Shown here: one piece after another, positions 17,051 to 26,832 of the stretch | Numbering within the stretch: the first letter of the stretch is position 1 | Layout of the letters: the number at the start of each line of letters is the position of its first letter | Notes under the pieces: generated by a model | The model's input: only the letters and a program-made list of their open reading frames with translations | Told to the model about the DNA's origin: nothing | Database searches by the model: none | Made by a program: the position numbers and the translations under genes | Sequence record: DRR378314_543 | DNA length: 36,704 bases | Reading direction: 5' to 3' (one strand)

Positions 17051-19018
17051 TTGGATCTCGCCCAGGCCTCATTGCAATTTGATGCCGCCCTGGCAGACTT
17101 TGCCCGCGCCCGCAGCGCGTCGCCTCAGGCCTCCAGCCTGGGCATACTTGAACGGGCGCGACTACTGATGACGCTGCCCGGCGGTTTCGACGTGATTTAC
17201 CGCCGGGTTCGCGCGCTTGAGTCCGCGGGCATCTTTGGCACCAGCGACTGGGCCAAACCCGCCATCCTGCAGCCAGCCCTGGCAAAACATTCGCTGCGCG
17301 AAGCCGGCGCCGTGACCACCGTTGTTGAAGCCATCAGCGAGATCCGCCTGCTGGCCGTCGTTCGGGGTGATTATTTCCACCCCGGCATTTCCTCCGAGCA
17401 GGCCCGGCATTTCCTCACCCAGGTGATGGCCCTGAACCTGGACCTGCTGTCCGGCACACTCACCGAAGCCGATCGCGAACGGCCGAAGCAACTCGGCCCC
17501 CTGGTACTGGGGCTGTATCAATACCTGATCTCCCACCTTGGCTACGACAACCTGCTGGACAGCCTGGTGGCAGAGGTGTGGCGGCTGCTGGAACAGGGGC
17601 CTGTGCAGGTGGACAGTATCTGCGACATGATCGGCCAGATCGCCAAATGCCTGTACGACCCGGCATTGAAAACCACCGGCACCGCCGACGCCACCCGCCT
17701 GGTGAGAGCGCTGTTTGCTCCCACGCCCGGCAGCCGCGAAGACCCCGGGCTGGACGTGTATCAACTACGCCTGGCCAAAATGGACGACGTTGAGCTGTCC
17801 GCGGAAGCCAATGAGTTCGCACGCAATATGCACGATACCGGGCTGGCGTCGCCGTACCATGCGGTGTTTTTACGATTCCTGCGCACCAGTGACGAGGAAG
17901 AGCTTATCCCCACCGCTTTGGGGCTGACGATGACGGGGCTGGACGATTTCTATTGCTACAACCAGCTCGTGGACGCGCTGATTGATGAAGCCATCCATCC
18001 GGAAACCTGTCAGGCGGTCTATGGCCTGACGATGATGCTGGAGCGGGGTTCGCTGTTCACGCCGCCGGTCGCCCAGGCGCTCTGGCGTCAGATCAAGCTC
18101 AAACTGTCGACAGAGACCGAGCAGTTGCTCACAGAGGCCTTCGGCGATGCCGTGCCACCGAGGGTGTTCCTGCTGGCCGGGGTGCTCAACCTGTTGGGGC
18201 AGCCCCTGGGCGTGGGGCAAGGCAATAACCCCAGCTGCCAGTCCGCCATCGGGCTGTCCATGTGGGCCGCCAACGAGGCCGACTACCTGCTTCAGGTATT
18301 GGCCTGGGCCGCCCGCGACAACGAGGTATTAAGCCGGTTCGAGGGCTGGGAAGTGTCCTCGAAGAACCTGGAGCCGGGACTGGTCGAAGACACACCGATG
18401 GATGTGGACCCAGTGTCGCTGATCCTGATTCCCCACCTGGACCGGATCTACGGTGAGATGTGGCGCCGCTGTGAAGACCGTACCGACGACGCCCATCGCT
18501 GGATCAACCCGGAATTCTATGGCTGGTGGGTCAGCCACGGTTTCAAGGTGGTGGCCGATATCCACACAGGAGAAGTCACGGACTACGACGATTTCATCCG
18601 GCACTTCTACGCCAGTTATCACCCCTACTACAACGGTAATATTCCGGTGATCCACCACCAGCCAGCCGGTATCGCCGTGACGGACAGCGCCGCGCGCTTC
18701 GTCGGTCGCCATGCGATCGCGATTTTGCGGGTTGCCTTGAGCCCCAGCAACGAAATGCGGGTGTATTTCTTCAACCCCAACAACGACAGCGGCCAGGACT
18801 GGGGCCAGGGCATTACCTGCTCAACACGGGGCAACGGTGAAATTCGCGGCGAAGCTTCCCTGCCCGTGGCGGAATTTGCTTCTCGCCTCTACGCCTTCCA
18901 CTACGACACCCTGGAACTGGGAGATCTGGCCGCCATACCCGAGGCCGACGTGGCGCGGGTTAAGTCGTTGGGTTACGGCAGTTGGGCGGCGCCTTTACCC
19001 CTGTCCCGAACGGTCTGA
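17051..19018 (+). CDS. Uncharacterised 655-aa protein with a putative C-terminal papain/calpain-like Cys-His-Asn catalytic domain
   Basis: Long ORF with host-like codon usage. TTG start 3 bp after the potI stop, with SD AAAGGAG (17037-17043) inside potI. Motifs GQGNNPSCQSA, GRHAIAIL and VYFFNPNNDSGQDWG. The CDS is well supported; the fold call is inference. Confidence 0.8.
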   Translation: MDLAQASLQFDAALADFARARSASPQASSLGILERARLLMTLPGGFDVIYRRVRALESAGIFGTSDWAKPAILQPALAKHSLREAGAVTTVVEAISEIRLLAVVRGDYFHPGISSEQARHFLTQVMALNLDLLSGTLTEADRERPKQLGPLVLGLYQYLISHLGYDNLLDSLVAEVWRLLEQGPVQVDSICDMIGQIAKCLYDPALKTTGTADATRLVRALFAPTPGSREDPGLDVYQLRLAKMDDVELSAEANEFARNMHDTGLASPYHAVFLRFLRTSDEEELIPTALGLTMTGLDDFYCYNQLVDALIDEAIHPETCQAVYGLTMMLERGSLFTPPVAQALWRQIKLKLSTETEQLLTEAFGDAVPPRVFLLAGVLNLLGQPLGVGQGNNPSCQSAIGLSMWAANEADYLLQVLAWAARDNEVLSRFEGWEVSSKNLEPGLVEDTPMDVDPVSLILIPHLDRIYGEMWRRCEDRTDDAHRWINPEFYGWWVSHGFKVVADIHTGEVTDYDDFIRHFYASYHPYYNGNIPVIHHQPAGIAVTDSAARFVGRHAIAILRVALSPSNEMRVYFFNPNNDSGQDWGQGITCSTRGNGEIRGEASLPVAEFASRLYAFHYDTLELGDLAAIPEADVARVKSLGYGSWAAPLPLSRTV

Positions 19019-22000
19019 ATCCATTGGTAGAAAACAGGCACCAGCAAGGTACCAAGAATGGTGGCTGCCACCATACCGCTCAACACGGTAATACCGAGGC
19101 TTACTCGACTGGCGGCACCAGCACCGCTGGCAAATACCAATGGCAACACACCAAGAACGAACGATAGCGCTGTCATCAGTACGGCCCTGAAACGCAGTAC
19201 GGCGGCTTTCTGGGCGGCTTCCTGAGCGCTCAGGCCGGATTGCCGTAGCTGCATCGCAAACTCCACGATGAGGATGGCTGTTTTGGTCGACAACCCAACC
19301 AACAGCACGAGCCCCACCTGAGCATAAATATTGTTGGCCATCCCAAACAGCCAAAGCCCGCCCATGGCACCAAACATGGCCAGAGGAACGGCACCGATCA
19401 CCGCCAACGGCAGGCTCCAGCTTTCATACTGTGCCACCAGGAACAGATACACGAACACTATAGCCAGCAGAAAGATCACCGTGGCCAGGCTGCCCGCCTC
19501 AATTTCCTGCAAACTCTGACCGGCCCAACTGAATTCGTAACCCTGGGGTAGTTTCTCGGACAACGCCGCCATGGTGTTCAGGGCATCGCCACTGGCGAAT
19601 CCGGCGGCCGCTTCACCAGAGATGGTCACCGCGCGCTTGAGGTTGAAGTGCTGGATACTGGAAGGCCCCAAAATGGGCTCCAGCGACGCCAGGGTTGTCA
19701 GAGGAACCATGTCGCCCTGCTGATTGCGAACGAAGTAATAGGAAAGGTCCTCCGGCTTTTGTCGGAAGCTGCCCTCCGCCTGCAACAGTACCCGGTAATT
19801 CTTGCCGAATCGGGTAAAGTCATTGACGTATAGCGAGCCGAGCTGGGTTTGCAGGGTGGAGAAAATATCAGACAACTGAATACCCAGCGCCTTGGCCTTG
19901 TTTCGATCCACCTGTAACAGATACTGGGGAATGTTGGCGCGATAGGTACTGTAAACGCGGGACAGGGCGTCTTGCTGATTGGCCTCGTAGATCAGCCCGT
20001 TCATCACCTGCGCCAGTTCGGACACGTCTCGGCCCAGGTTATCCTGAAGGCGGAAATCGAAGCCCGCCGAGGTCCCAAGGCCCGGAATGGGAGGCGGATT
20101 AAACACCATCACCTGAGCCTCCGCGACCGTCCATAACCGCGACGACAGCCGCGGTATGCCCGCTGATAGCTTCAAGGCGGCGTCTTCCCGCTCCTCCCAA
20201 TCCTTGAGCATGGCGATGCCGAGGCCATTATTGGTATTGGAGCCGCCCAGCAGGGAAAAACCGGATACGGTGATGAAGTCCGTCACTGCCGGGTCGTCCA
20301 GCACCATGCCGGTAACCTTTTCAAGAACGTTGTCCGTGCGTTCAAGCGCGGCGGCATCTGGCAACTGCACATCCACAAAGAGGAACCCCTGATCCTCAGG
20401 TGGCACGAAAGCCGTCGGCACTGATTTGAACAGCCCCGCACTGGCAAGAAGGACGGCCGCCAAGCCAACACCAACAAGCACGCCCTTTCGAAGCAGACGC
20501 GAAACCACCCCGTCGTATCCGCGGGTGCTTCTGACAATCAATTGTTCAAAAGGCCTGAGCCAACGGATCGGCTGCCCCTGATTACGACCAAGCAACGACA
20601 CACACAATGCAGGGCTGAGCGTCAGCGCGTTGATCGAGGAAATGATCACCGCCACGGAAATGGTGACCGAAAACTGCTTGTACAATTCACCGGTAATACC
20701 CGGCATGAAGCCCACCGGCACGAATACCGCCAACAGCACCAGTGTCGTGGCGATCACCGGGCCTGTGACCTCCGCCATGGCTTTGCTCACCGCCTCGCGG
20801 ATGGGCAGGCTTTCTTCTTTCAGGATACGCTCGACGTTTTCGATCACCACGATGGCGTCATCAACCACAATGCCAATGGCAAGTACCAGCCCAAACAGGG
20901 TGATGGTGTTGATGGAGTAACCCAGCACCGACATGATCGCAAAGGTACCAATCAGTGACACTGGAATGGCAATGCTGGGGATGAGAGTCGCCCGCCAGTT
21001 CTGCAGAAACAGAAAGACCACCAGAATCACCAACCCGATGGCCTGGAAAAGCGTTACGACGACTTCGTCAATGGAGCGGCTGATAAACTCGGTGGTGTCA
21101 TAGAGAATGCTATAGCCAACGCCGTCCGGGAACCCGACAGCGGCCTCGGCCACCACCTGTTTAACCCGTCCCGCAACATCCAGCGCATTGGCGCTGGGCA
21201 ACTGGTAAATCACGACAAACGCGGTGTCCTGATTGTTCAGCTTGGCGGTGGAGCCGTAGGAACGCGAGCCCAGTTCAATGTTCGCCACATCCCGCAGGCG
21301 CACAAACCCGCCATCGGGCTTGGCCCGGAGGATTGTCTGGGCAAATTCGTCCGGGTCCGACAGGCGCTCCCGACTCTGGATGCTGTAAACGAATTGCTGC
21401 CCTTGCGGCACGGGTGGCTGCCCAAGCTTACCCGCGGCCACAATCTGGTTCTGTTCCCGCAATGCCGCAGACACGTCTGTAACGGTGACATCCAGGGAAG
21501 ACATCCGCCTCGGGTCCAGCCACACCCGCATACTGTAGTCTTTTGCGCCCATGACCTCGGCCGACCCTACGCCGGGGACCCGTCCCAGAGCTTCGACCAG
21601 GTTGTTGGAGGCGTAATTACTGAGAAACACACCGTCCAGATCCGGGCGATCAGACGTGAGGTTGATGCCCATCAGCATATTACCGGCCTGCTTGCTGACG
21701 ACCACGCCCTGGCGACGCACTTCATCGGGCAGAGATGGCTCGGCCAGCGCAACACGGTTCTGCACATTCACCTGGGCGATGTCGGTATCGGTGCCGCTTT
21801 CAAACGTCAGGGTTATTTTTGCCGTACCGTCACTGGACGCGGTTGATTCAATATAGATCATGCCCTCGACCCCATTGAGCTGCTGCTCAATGGGACGAAC
21901 AACCGCTTCCTCAACAACCTGGGAGCTGGCTCCGGGCAACGACGCTGTCACTTGAATCTGCGGCGGCGCCATGTCCGGATACATATTGACGGGCAATCCC

Positions 22001-22086
22001 CGAAGCGCCAGGAGACCTGCAAGGGTAATCAGGATGGAAATAACAAACGCGAATTTCGGTCGTTGAATGAAGACGCTACTGATCAT
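18973..22086 (-). CDS. RND efflux transporter permease subunit (HAE1, AcrB/MexB-like)
   Basis: 1037 aa. FIQRPKFA start, SMRVWLDP, GIVVDDAIVVIENVER (proton-relay Asp pair), GLSTKTAILIVEFA and LRFRAVLMT motifs. Confidence 0.94.
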   Translation of the reverse strand: MISSVFIQRPKFAFVISILITLAGLLALRGLPVNMYPDMAPPQIQVTASLPGASSQVVEEAVVRPIEQQLNGVEGMIYIESTASSDGTAKITLTFESGTDTDIAQVNVQNRVALAEPSLPDEVRRQGVVVSKQAGNMLMGINLTSDRPDLDGVFLSNYASNNLVEALGRVPGVGSAEVMGAKDYSMRVWLDPRRMSSLDVTVTDVSAALREQNQIVAAGKLGQPPVPQGQQFVYSIQSRERLSDPDEFAQTILRAKPDGGFVRLRDVANIELGSRSYGSTAKLNNQDTAFVVIYQLPSANALDVAGRVKQVVAEAAVGFPDGVGYSILYDTTEFISRSIDEVVVTLFQAIGLVILVVFLFLQNWRATLIPSIAIPVSLIGTFAIMSVLGYSINTITLFGLVLAIGIVVDDAIVVIENVERILKEESLPIREAVSKAMAEVTGPVIATTLVLLAVFVPVGFMPGITGELYKQFSVTISVAVIISSINALTLSPALCVSLLGRNQGQPIRWLRPFEQLIVRSTRGYDGVVSRLLRKGVLVGVGLAAVLLASAGLFKSVPTAFVPPEDQGFLFVDVQLPDAAALERTDNVLEKVTGMVLDDPAVTDFITVSGFSLLGGSNTNNGLGIAMLKDWEEREDAALKLSAGIPRLSSRLWTVAEAQVMVFNPPPIPGLGTSAGFDFRLQDNLGRDVSELAQVMNGLIYEANQQDALSRVYSTYRANIPQYLLQVDRNKAKALGIQLSDIFSTLQTQLGSLYVNDFTRFGKNYRVLLQAEGSFRQKPEDLSYYFVRNQQGDMVPLTTLASLEPILGPSSIQHFNLKRAVTISGEAAAGFASGDALNTMAALSEKLPQGYEFSWAGQSLQEIEAGSLATVIFLLAIVFVYLFLVAQYESWSLPLAVIGAVPLAMFGAMGGLWLFGMANNIYAQVGLVLLVGLSTKTAILIVEFAMQLRQSGLSAQEAAQKAAVLRFRAVLMTALSFVLGVLPLVFASGAGAASRVSLGITVLSGMVAATILGTLLVPVFYQWIQTVRDRGKGAAQLP

Positions 22087-23276
22087 TACTCAACCTCGCC
22101 AGCGACGGCGAGGGCACCGGTATCCGGATCAATACGCTTTTGTACCGGGTTAACAGTGGCGCCCGAACGGACCTTCTGCAGCCCCTCGACAACCACCTGC
22201 TCACCAACTTCGAGACCGGAATTGGCAACCATCATGGCACCGCGGCGTGGCCCTGTTTTGATAAAACGCTGCGCCACTGTCTGATTGCTGTCGACCACCA
22301 GGACAAACTTTCCCTCAATGGTTTCCTGCACCGCCACCTGGGGCACAAGTATCTGGGGCTCGCCAGCCTGCCCCTCCACATGAAGCGTCACGTAGAGACC
22401 TGGAAGGAGTACCGCCGAGGCATTGGGGAACACAGCCCTCATCGCAACGGTGCCCGTACTGGCATCGGTGCGCACATCCGCGAAATCGAGCGCACCTGCT
22501 TGAGAATAGCGTTCGCCATCCGGCAATGTGAGATACAGCGACAGGTTGCTTACGATATCCTCGGAGGCATCCCGTCCCGCACGCCGGAAGGAGACATAAT
22601 CCGCTTCGTTCAACTGGAACTCCACATAGATGGGGTCTGTCACGAGAAGCTCAGTAATCGCGCCGTTGGACGGGCTTACGACAGCCCCTACATCAAAATT
22701 CAGTTTTCCGATCCAGCCATCGAATGGGGCCCGTATTTCGGTGTACCCGAGGTTATTGGTCGCTCTTTGTACGGCAGCTTCTGCCGCCTGTAACCTTCCT
22801 TCGGCGGCATTAAAGCGATCCCTGAGCTTGTCCAGGTCAGCCTCTGAGAGGTAGCCCTTGCCTGCCACGTTTTCGCCGCGCTTGAGATTTCTGGTGGCTG
22901 ACTCCACTTCGGCACGGGACGCTTCCAGCTCTGCTTTTGCCTGGCTCAGATCCGCCGTTGCATTGGTGTCTTCGAGGCTCACAAGCAGCTGCCCCGCTTC
23001 CACCTGCGCGCCTTCCTGAAAATGAATGGCTTTGATTTCCGCCTCTACACGGGCGGATATGTCAGCCTTCGCAGACGCAGCCGTTCTGGCGACAAACTCG
23101 CGGCTTGGACGCACCTCGGCGTTTTCGAGCACCACGACCGAGACGGACACCGGCGCAGCCGCTGTCACCTCAGTGGGTTCGGAACAACCGCTGACGGCAA
23201 GAAACGAGACAACCGACACCAGAACAGCAACCACCGGATGCCAGACGTTTCGGTTATGACAACGGGAGCTCATCAT
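22086..23276 (-). CDS. RND efflux periplasmic adaptor (membrane fusion protein)
   Basis: Lipobox-like LAVSGC, ISARVEAEI, alpha-hairpin, YTEIRAPFDG, DASTGTV..RAVFPN and LLPG motifs. One-base overlap with the permease start. Confidence 0.9.
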   Translation of the reverse strand: MMSSRCHNRNVWHPVVAVLVSVVSFLAVSGCSEPTEVTAAAPVSVSVVVLENAEVRPSREFVARTAASAKADISARVEAEIKAIHFQEGAQVEAGQLLVSLEDTNATADLSQAKAELEASRAEVESATRNLKRGENVAGKGYLSEADLDKLRDRFNAAEGRLQAAEAAVQRATNNLGYTEIRAPFDGWIGKLNFDVGAVVSPSNGAITELLVTDPIYVEFQLNEADYVSFRRAGRDASEDIVSNLSLYLTLPDGERYSQAGALDFADVRTDASTGTVAMRAVFPNASAVLLPGLYVTLHVEGQAGEPQILVPQVAVQETIEGKFVLVVDSNQTVAQRFIKTGPRRGAMMVANSGLEVGEQVVVEGLQKVRSGATVNPVQKRIDPDTGALAVAGEVE

Positions 23277-23488
23277 GCAAATTCTTCCTTGATATGGGGC
23301 GCAGAGGTGCCGGGGAAACCGGCACAGGTTTGCTCTTAATCCTAGTCAACGCCATCAACAGCCGCCATTTATTCGTCCTTCAACCTGGCGAGACGATGCC
23401 GTTGGTGTCCCTGCATCCTGCTGAGGATCGCTTGCTCCGGTCGGTCTACCTCTGTGTCGGAAGCCCTGCCATGGACTTTTGATACCAC

Positions 23489-23517
23489 AAAAAAAGCCGC
23501 CCGGGCAGGCGGCTTTT
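23489..23517 (-). terminator. Intrinsic terminator downstream of the liv-like operon
   Basis: AAAAGCCGCC-CGGGCA-GGCGGCTTTT with a 7-A run on the left, giving a U7 tract on the minus strand. Probably bidirectional. Confidence 0.85.
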
Positions 23518-23540
23518 AGATTGATCGGGGATCACGGACG

Positions 23541-24536
23541 CTAGCTCATATTCTTGCGCATAAAGTTCTGGATCTCACCCACAATGCCTGAGCGGAAAGC
23601 CATCACCGTTAACACGAAGATGCCCCCAAGGATCGGGTCGACCCAGTCACCCAATGGCCCTTGGGCCAACTGGTATTCCAGGTTGACCACGAAGGTCGCA
23701 CCGACCACCGGGCCAAGCAACGTACCGGTGCCGCCCAGCAGGGTCATAAGGATCACCTCGCCGGACGTGTGCCAATGAGCGTCGTTAAGGGACGCGAGCT
23801 GGAACACCACGGTTTTCAGCGATCCGGCGAGGCCGGCCAGGCTTGCTGAAATCACGAAGGCAAGCAACTTGTAGCGATCTACGTTGTAGCCCAGGGACAC
23901 CGCTCTTGGTTCATTTTGCTTGATGGCCTTGAGCACCTGTCCGAAGGGTGAGCCAACGATGCGCTGCACCAGAAGGTAGCCCCCCAGGAACACCGCCAGT
24001 ACGAAATAGTACATGGCGTAGTTGTTCTCCAGATCAATCAGGCCGAACAGGTGGCCCCGAGGCACACCATGCATACCATCCTCACCGCCGGTAAAGGGCG
24101 CCTGCACGAAGAAGAAGTACACCAACTGCGCCAGTGCCAGGGTGATCATGGCGAAATAAATGCCCTGGCGGCGGATGGCGACAATCCCGAAGCCCAGGCC
24201 CAGCACGGTCGCCACCACCGTGCCCGCGATAATGCCCATCTCTGTCGTCAGTCCGGAGAAATTCGAGAGCAGGTAACCCGTGGTGTAGGAACCCGCCGCC
24301 AGGAACGCCGCATGCCCGAAGGACAGCAGGCCGGTATAACCCAGCAGGAGGTTGAACGCCACCGCGAACAACGCAAAGCAGAGGATTTTCATCAGGAACA
24401 CGGGGTACATCACCGCCGGTGCCAGCAGGAGCAATGCCAGCAATACAAGGTTGAGTATCTGCTTCTTGCGTTGCTCGGACTTCTGTTGCTTGACGATACT
24501 TTCTTGGATATCTGTCTGTGTGGTTGTGCTCGCCAT
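23541..24536 (-). CDS. livM: Branched-chain amino acid-type ABC transporter permease (LivM-like)
   Basis: NLLLGYTGLLSFGHAAF, GIYFAMITLALAQ, TGGEDG and SPFGQVLKAIKQNE motifs. Confidence 0.88.
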   Translation of the reverse strand: MASTTTQTDIQESIVKQQKSEQRKKQILNLVLLALLLLAPAVMYPVFLMKILCFALFAVAFNLLLGYTGLLSFGHAAFLAAGSYTTGYLLSNFSGLTTEMGIIAGTVVATVLGLGFGIVAIRRQGIYFAMITLALAQLVYFFFVQAPFTGGEDGMHGVPRGHLFGLIDLENNYAMYYFVLAVFLGGYLLVQRIVGSPFGQVLKAIKQNEPRAVSLGYNVDRYKLLAFVISASLAGLAGSLKTVVFQLASLNDAHWHTSGEVILMTLLGGTGTLLGPVVGATFVVNLEYQLAQGPLGDWVDPILGGIFVLTVMAFRSGIVGEIQNFMRKNMS

Positions 24537-24538
24537 GA

Positions 24539-25426
24539 TTATGCCTCCTTACCAAACAGGCCCGACGGGCGAATCAACAGGACAACCACCATCACTAGGA
24601 AGATCACGGCTGCCGACCCTTCCGGGTAGAACACCTTGGTGAACCCTTCCACTACCCCCATCATCAGACCGGTAATCACCGCACCGGCGATGGAACCCAT
24701 GCCGCCGATAACCACCACGGCAAACACAACGATCAGAATGTTGGAGCCCATCACCGGCGACACCGAGTAGATGGGTGCGGCGAGCGCGCCGGCGAACGCG
24801 GCGAGCATAACCCCGAAGCCATAGGTGAGACTGATCAACAGCGGTACGTTGATGCCGAACCCCTGCATCAGTTGGGAATCTTCCGTACCTGCTCGCAGGT
24901 AGGAGCCAAGTCGGGTTTTTTCAATCATGAACCAGGTTGCAAAGCACACCAGCAAGGCGGCCACGATCACCCAGGCACGATAATAGGGCAGGAACATGAA
25001 CCCGAGATTCATACCACCCCTGAACACCTCCGGCATGGAGTAACGCAAGCCGGAAACGCCATAAATATTGGTCAATACACCCTGAATAATGAGGGCAACA
25101 CCAAACGTCAGCAGCAAGCTGTAGATATGATCCTGGCCCGCGATACGGCGCAGCAGGAAATACTCCAGCAGAATGCCAAAACAGCCCACCACGATGGGTG
25201 CAACAAAGAGAGCCACCCAGTAATTGATGCCGAAGGCATCGAACATCAGGACAGTGCACATGGCACCGAGCATGTACATGGCACCGTGGGCGAAATTGAT
25301 GATTTTCAGCAAGCCGAAGATGACTGCCAGCCCCAGACTCAACAGGGCGTAAAAGGCGCCATTGATTACCCCGAGCATTAGCTGGCCGGACAACACGGCC
25401 ACGGGGACTCCCAAAATCTCGGTCAT
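24539..25426 (-). CDS. livH: Branched-chain amino acid-type ABC transporter permease (LivH-like)
   Basis: YALLSLGLAVIFGLLKIINFAHG, VVVIGGMGSIAGA and LLIRPSGLFG motifs. Confidence 0.88.
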   Translation of the reverse strand: MTEILGVPVAVLSGQLMLGVINGAFYALLSLGLAVIFGLLKIINFAHGAMYMLGAMCTVLMFDAFGINYWVALFVAPIVVGCFGILLEYFLLRRIAGQDHIYSLLLTFGVALIIQGVLTNIYGVSGLRYSMPEVFRGGMNLGFMFLPYYRAWVIVAALLVCFATWFMIEKTRLGSYLRAGTEDSQLMQGFGINVPLLISLTYGFGVMLAAFAGALAAPIYSVSPVMGSNILIVVFAVVVIGGMGSIAGAVITGLMMGVVEGFTKVFYPEGSAAVIFLVMVVVLLIRPSGLFGKEA

Positions 25427-25491
25427 GTTACAAACTCCAAAAGCAGCGCAACGTACAGCGTCCGATTGCGTGTCTGCAGGTCAGTGGCCGC

Positions 25492-25518
25492 CCCGCCCGA
25501 ACTTCAGGATGGGGCGGG
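25492..25518 (-). other. GC-rich stem-loop between the substrate-binding protein gene and livH
   Basis: CCCGCCC...GGGCGGG arms with no U-tract. This position is typical of mRNA-stabilising or stoichiometry hairpins after SBP genes. Confidence 0.45.
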
Positions 25519-25539
25519 ACGGCCCAGTCGGTCAGAACA

Positions 25540-26754
25540 TCAGTTTTGGGTGACGAGCTTGCACTTGCTCTCGGACAGCGGACGGTACGCCTCCTCGCCC
25601 GGGATGGTGCGTACGATGTCGTACAGGTCCCACTCACCTGTGGACTCTTCAGGCGTTTTTACTTCCGCCAGATACATATCGTGCACCATGCGGCCGTCCT
25701 TACGGATGTAGCCGTTCTTGGCGAACATGTCGTTGATGGGGGTATCCATCATCTGCTTGCGGACCGCCTGGGAATCATCCGAACCGGTGGCCTTGACGGC
25801 GTTCAGGTACTGAATGGTGCTGGAGTAGATCCCCGCGTGAACCATGGTGGGGCGAACGCCGGTCTTTTCCATGAAGCGGTCAGACCAGGCACGGGCTTCG
25901 TCGTTCATGTCCCAGTACCAGCCGGTGGTGAGCTGGATGCCCTGAGCGGATTGCGCGCCCAGCGCATGAACGTCGGTGAGGAACAGCAACAGGGCCGCCA
26001 GGGTCTGGCCGGACTGGGTCAGGCCGAATTCACCGGCGGTGGTGATGGCGTTAGTGGTATCCGCGCCCGCGTTTGCCAGGGCAACCACATCGGCACCAGA
26101 CGACTGCGCCTGCAGGATGAAGGACGAGAAGTCAGAGGTCGGGAACGGATGACGTACCGCCTGAATCACTTCACCACCGTTTTCTTCCACCACGCGGGTG
26201 ACGTCGCCTTCCAGGGCGTGACCAAACGCGTAGTCAGCGGTCAGGATGAACCAGCTTTTGCCGCCTTCTTTCACCACGGCACTGGCGGTGCCGTTAGCCA
26301 GCGGGTAGGTATCGTATACGTAGTGGATGTGGTTCGGCGTGCAGTGCTCATTGGTGATACTGGACGCGGCGGAACCGGAGACAATACCGAGCTTGTTGTT
26401 CTCTTCCAGAATGTTGCTGACGGCGATGGTGACCGAGGAGGCCACCAGGCCAGCGATCAGGTCAACGTTTTCGTTCTCTACCCAGCGACGGGCCGTGCTG
26501 GAGGCGGAATCCGGGCTGTTCCGGTCATCCGCGCTGACGACCTCGATCTTGGCACCATTCACCGTGCCGCCGAAGTCTGCAATGGCCATTTCCAGGGCTG
26601 TCTGGCCATTCGGGCCTGCCAGGTCACGGTAGGTACCGGACATATCGGCCAGGTAACCAATTTTTACGGTGTTGTCGGATATCTCAGCCTGGGCAGCACC
26701 CACAAACATGGCTGATGCAATCGCTGATGTCAGAAGCTTTTTGGTGATTGTCAT
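25540..26754 (-). CDS. ABC transporter substrate-binding protein (LivK/PBP1 type)
   Basis: Signal peptide, then KIGYLADMSGTY, WFILTADYAFGHALE, DFSSFILQAQSSGA and IRKDGRMVHDMYL motifs. GGAG SD upstream. Confidence 0.9.
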   Translation of the reverse strand: MTITKKLLTSAIASAMFVGAAQAEISDNTVKIGYLADMSGTYRDLAGPNGQTALEMAIADFGGTVNGAKIEVVSADDRNSPDSASSTARRWVENENVDLIAGLVASSVTIAVSNILEENNKLGIVSGSAASSITNEHCTPNHIHYVYDTYPLANGTASAVVKEGGKSWFILTADYAFGHALEGDVTRVVEENGGEVIQAVRHPFPTSDFSSFILQAQSSGADVVALANAGADTTNAITTAGEFGLTQSGQTLAALLLFLTDVHALGAQSAQGIQLTTGWYWDMNDEARAWSDRFMEKTGVRPTMVHAGIYSSTIQYLNAVKATGSDDSQAVRKQMMDTPINDMFAKNGYIRKDGRMVHDMYLAEVKTPEESTGEWDLYDIVRTIPGEEAYRPLSESKCKLVTQN

Positions 26755-26832
26755 TGTTGTTTCTCCGCTACTGTCGTTGCGTTGGTTTTCGGGTTTCGTT
26801 CTTGTTGCTCTTGTTACACTCTTGGCCTGGGC

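Noticed and set aside
23294-23482. 62-aa ORF in the intergenic region between the RND adaptor and livM, ending just before a terminator
   Set aside because: No clear SD, no motif, and it overlaps the probable adaptor promoter and leader. The terminator is already explained by the liv operon. It cannot be fully excluded.
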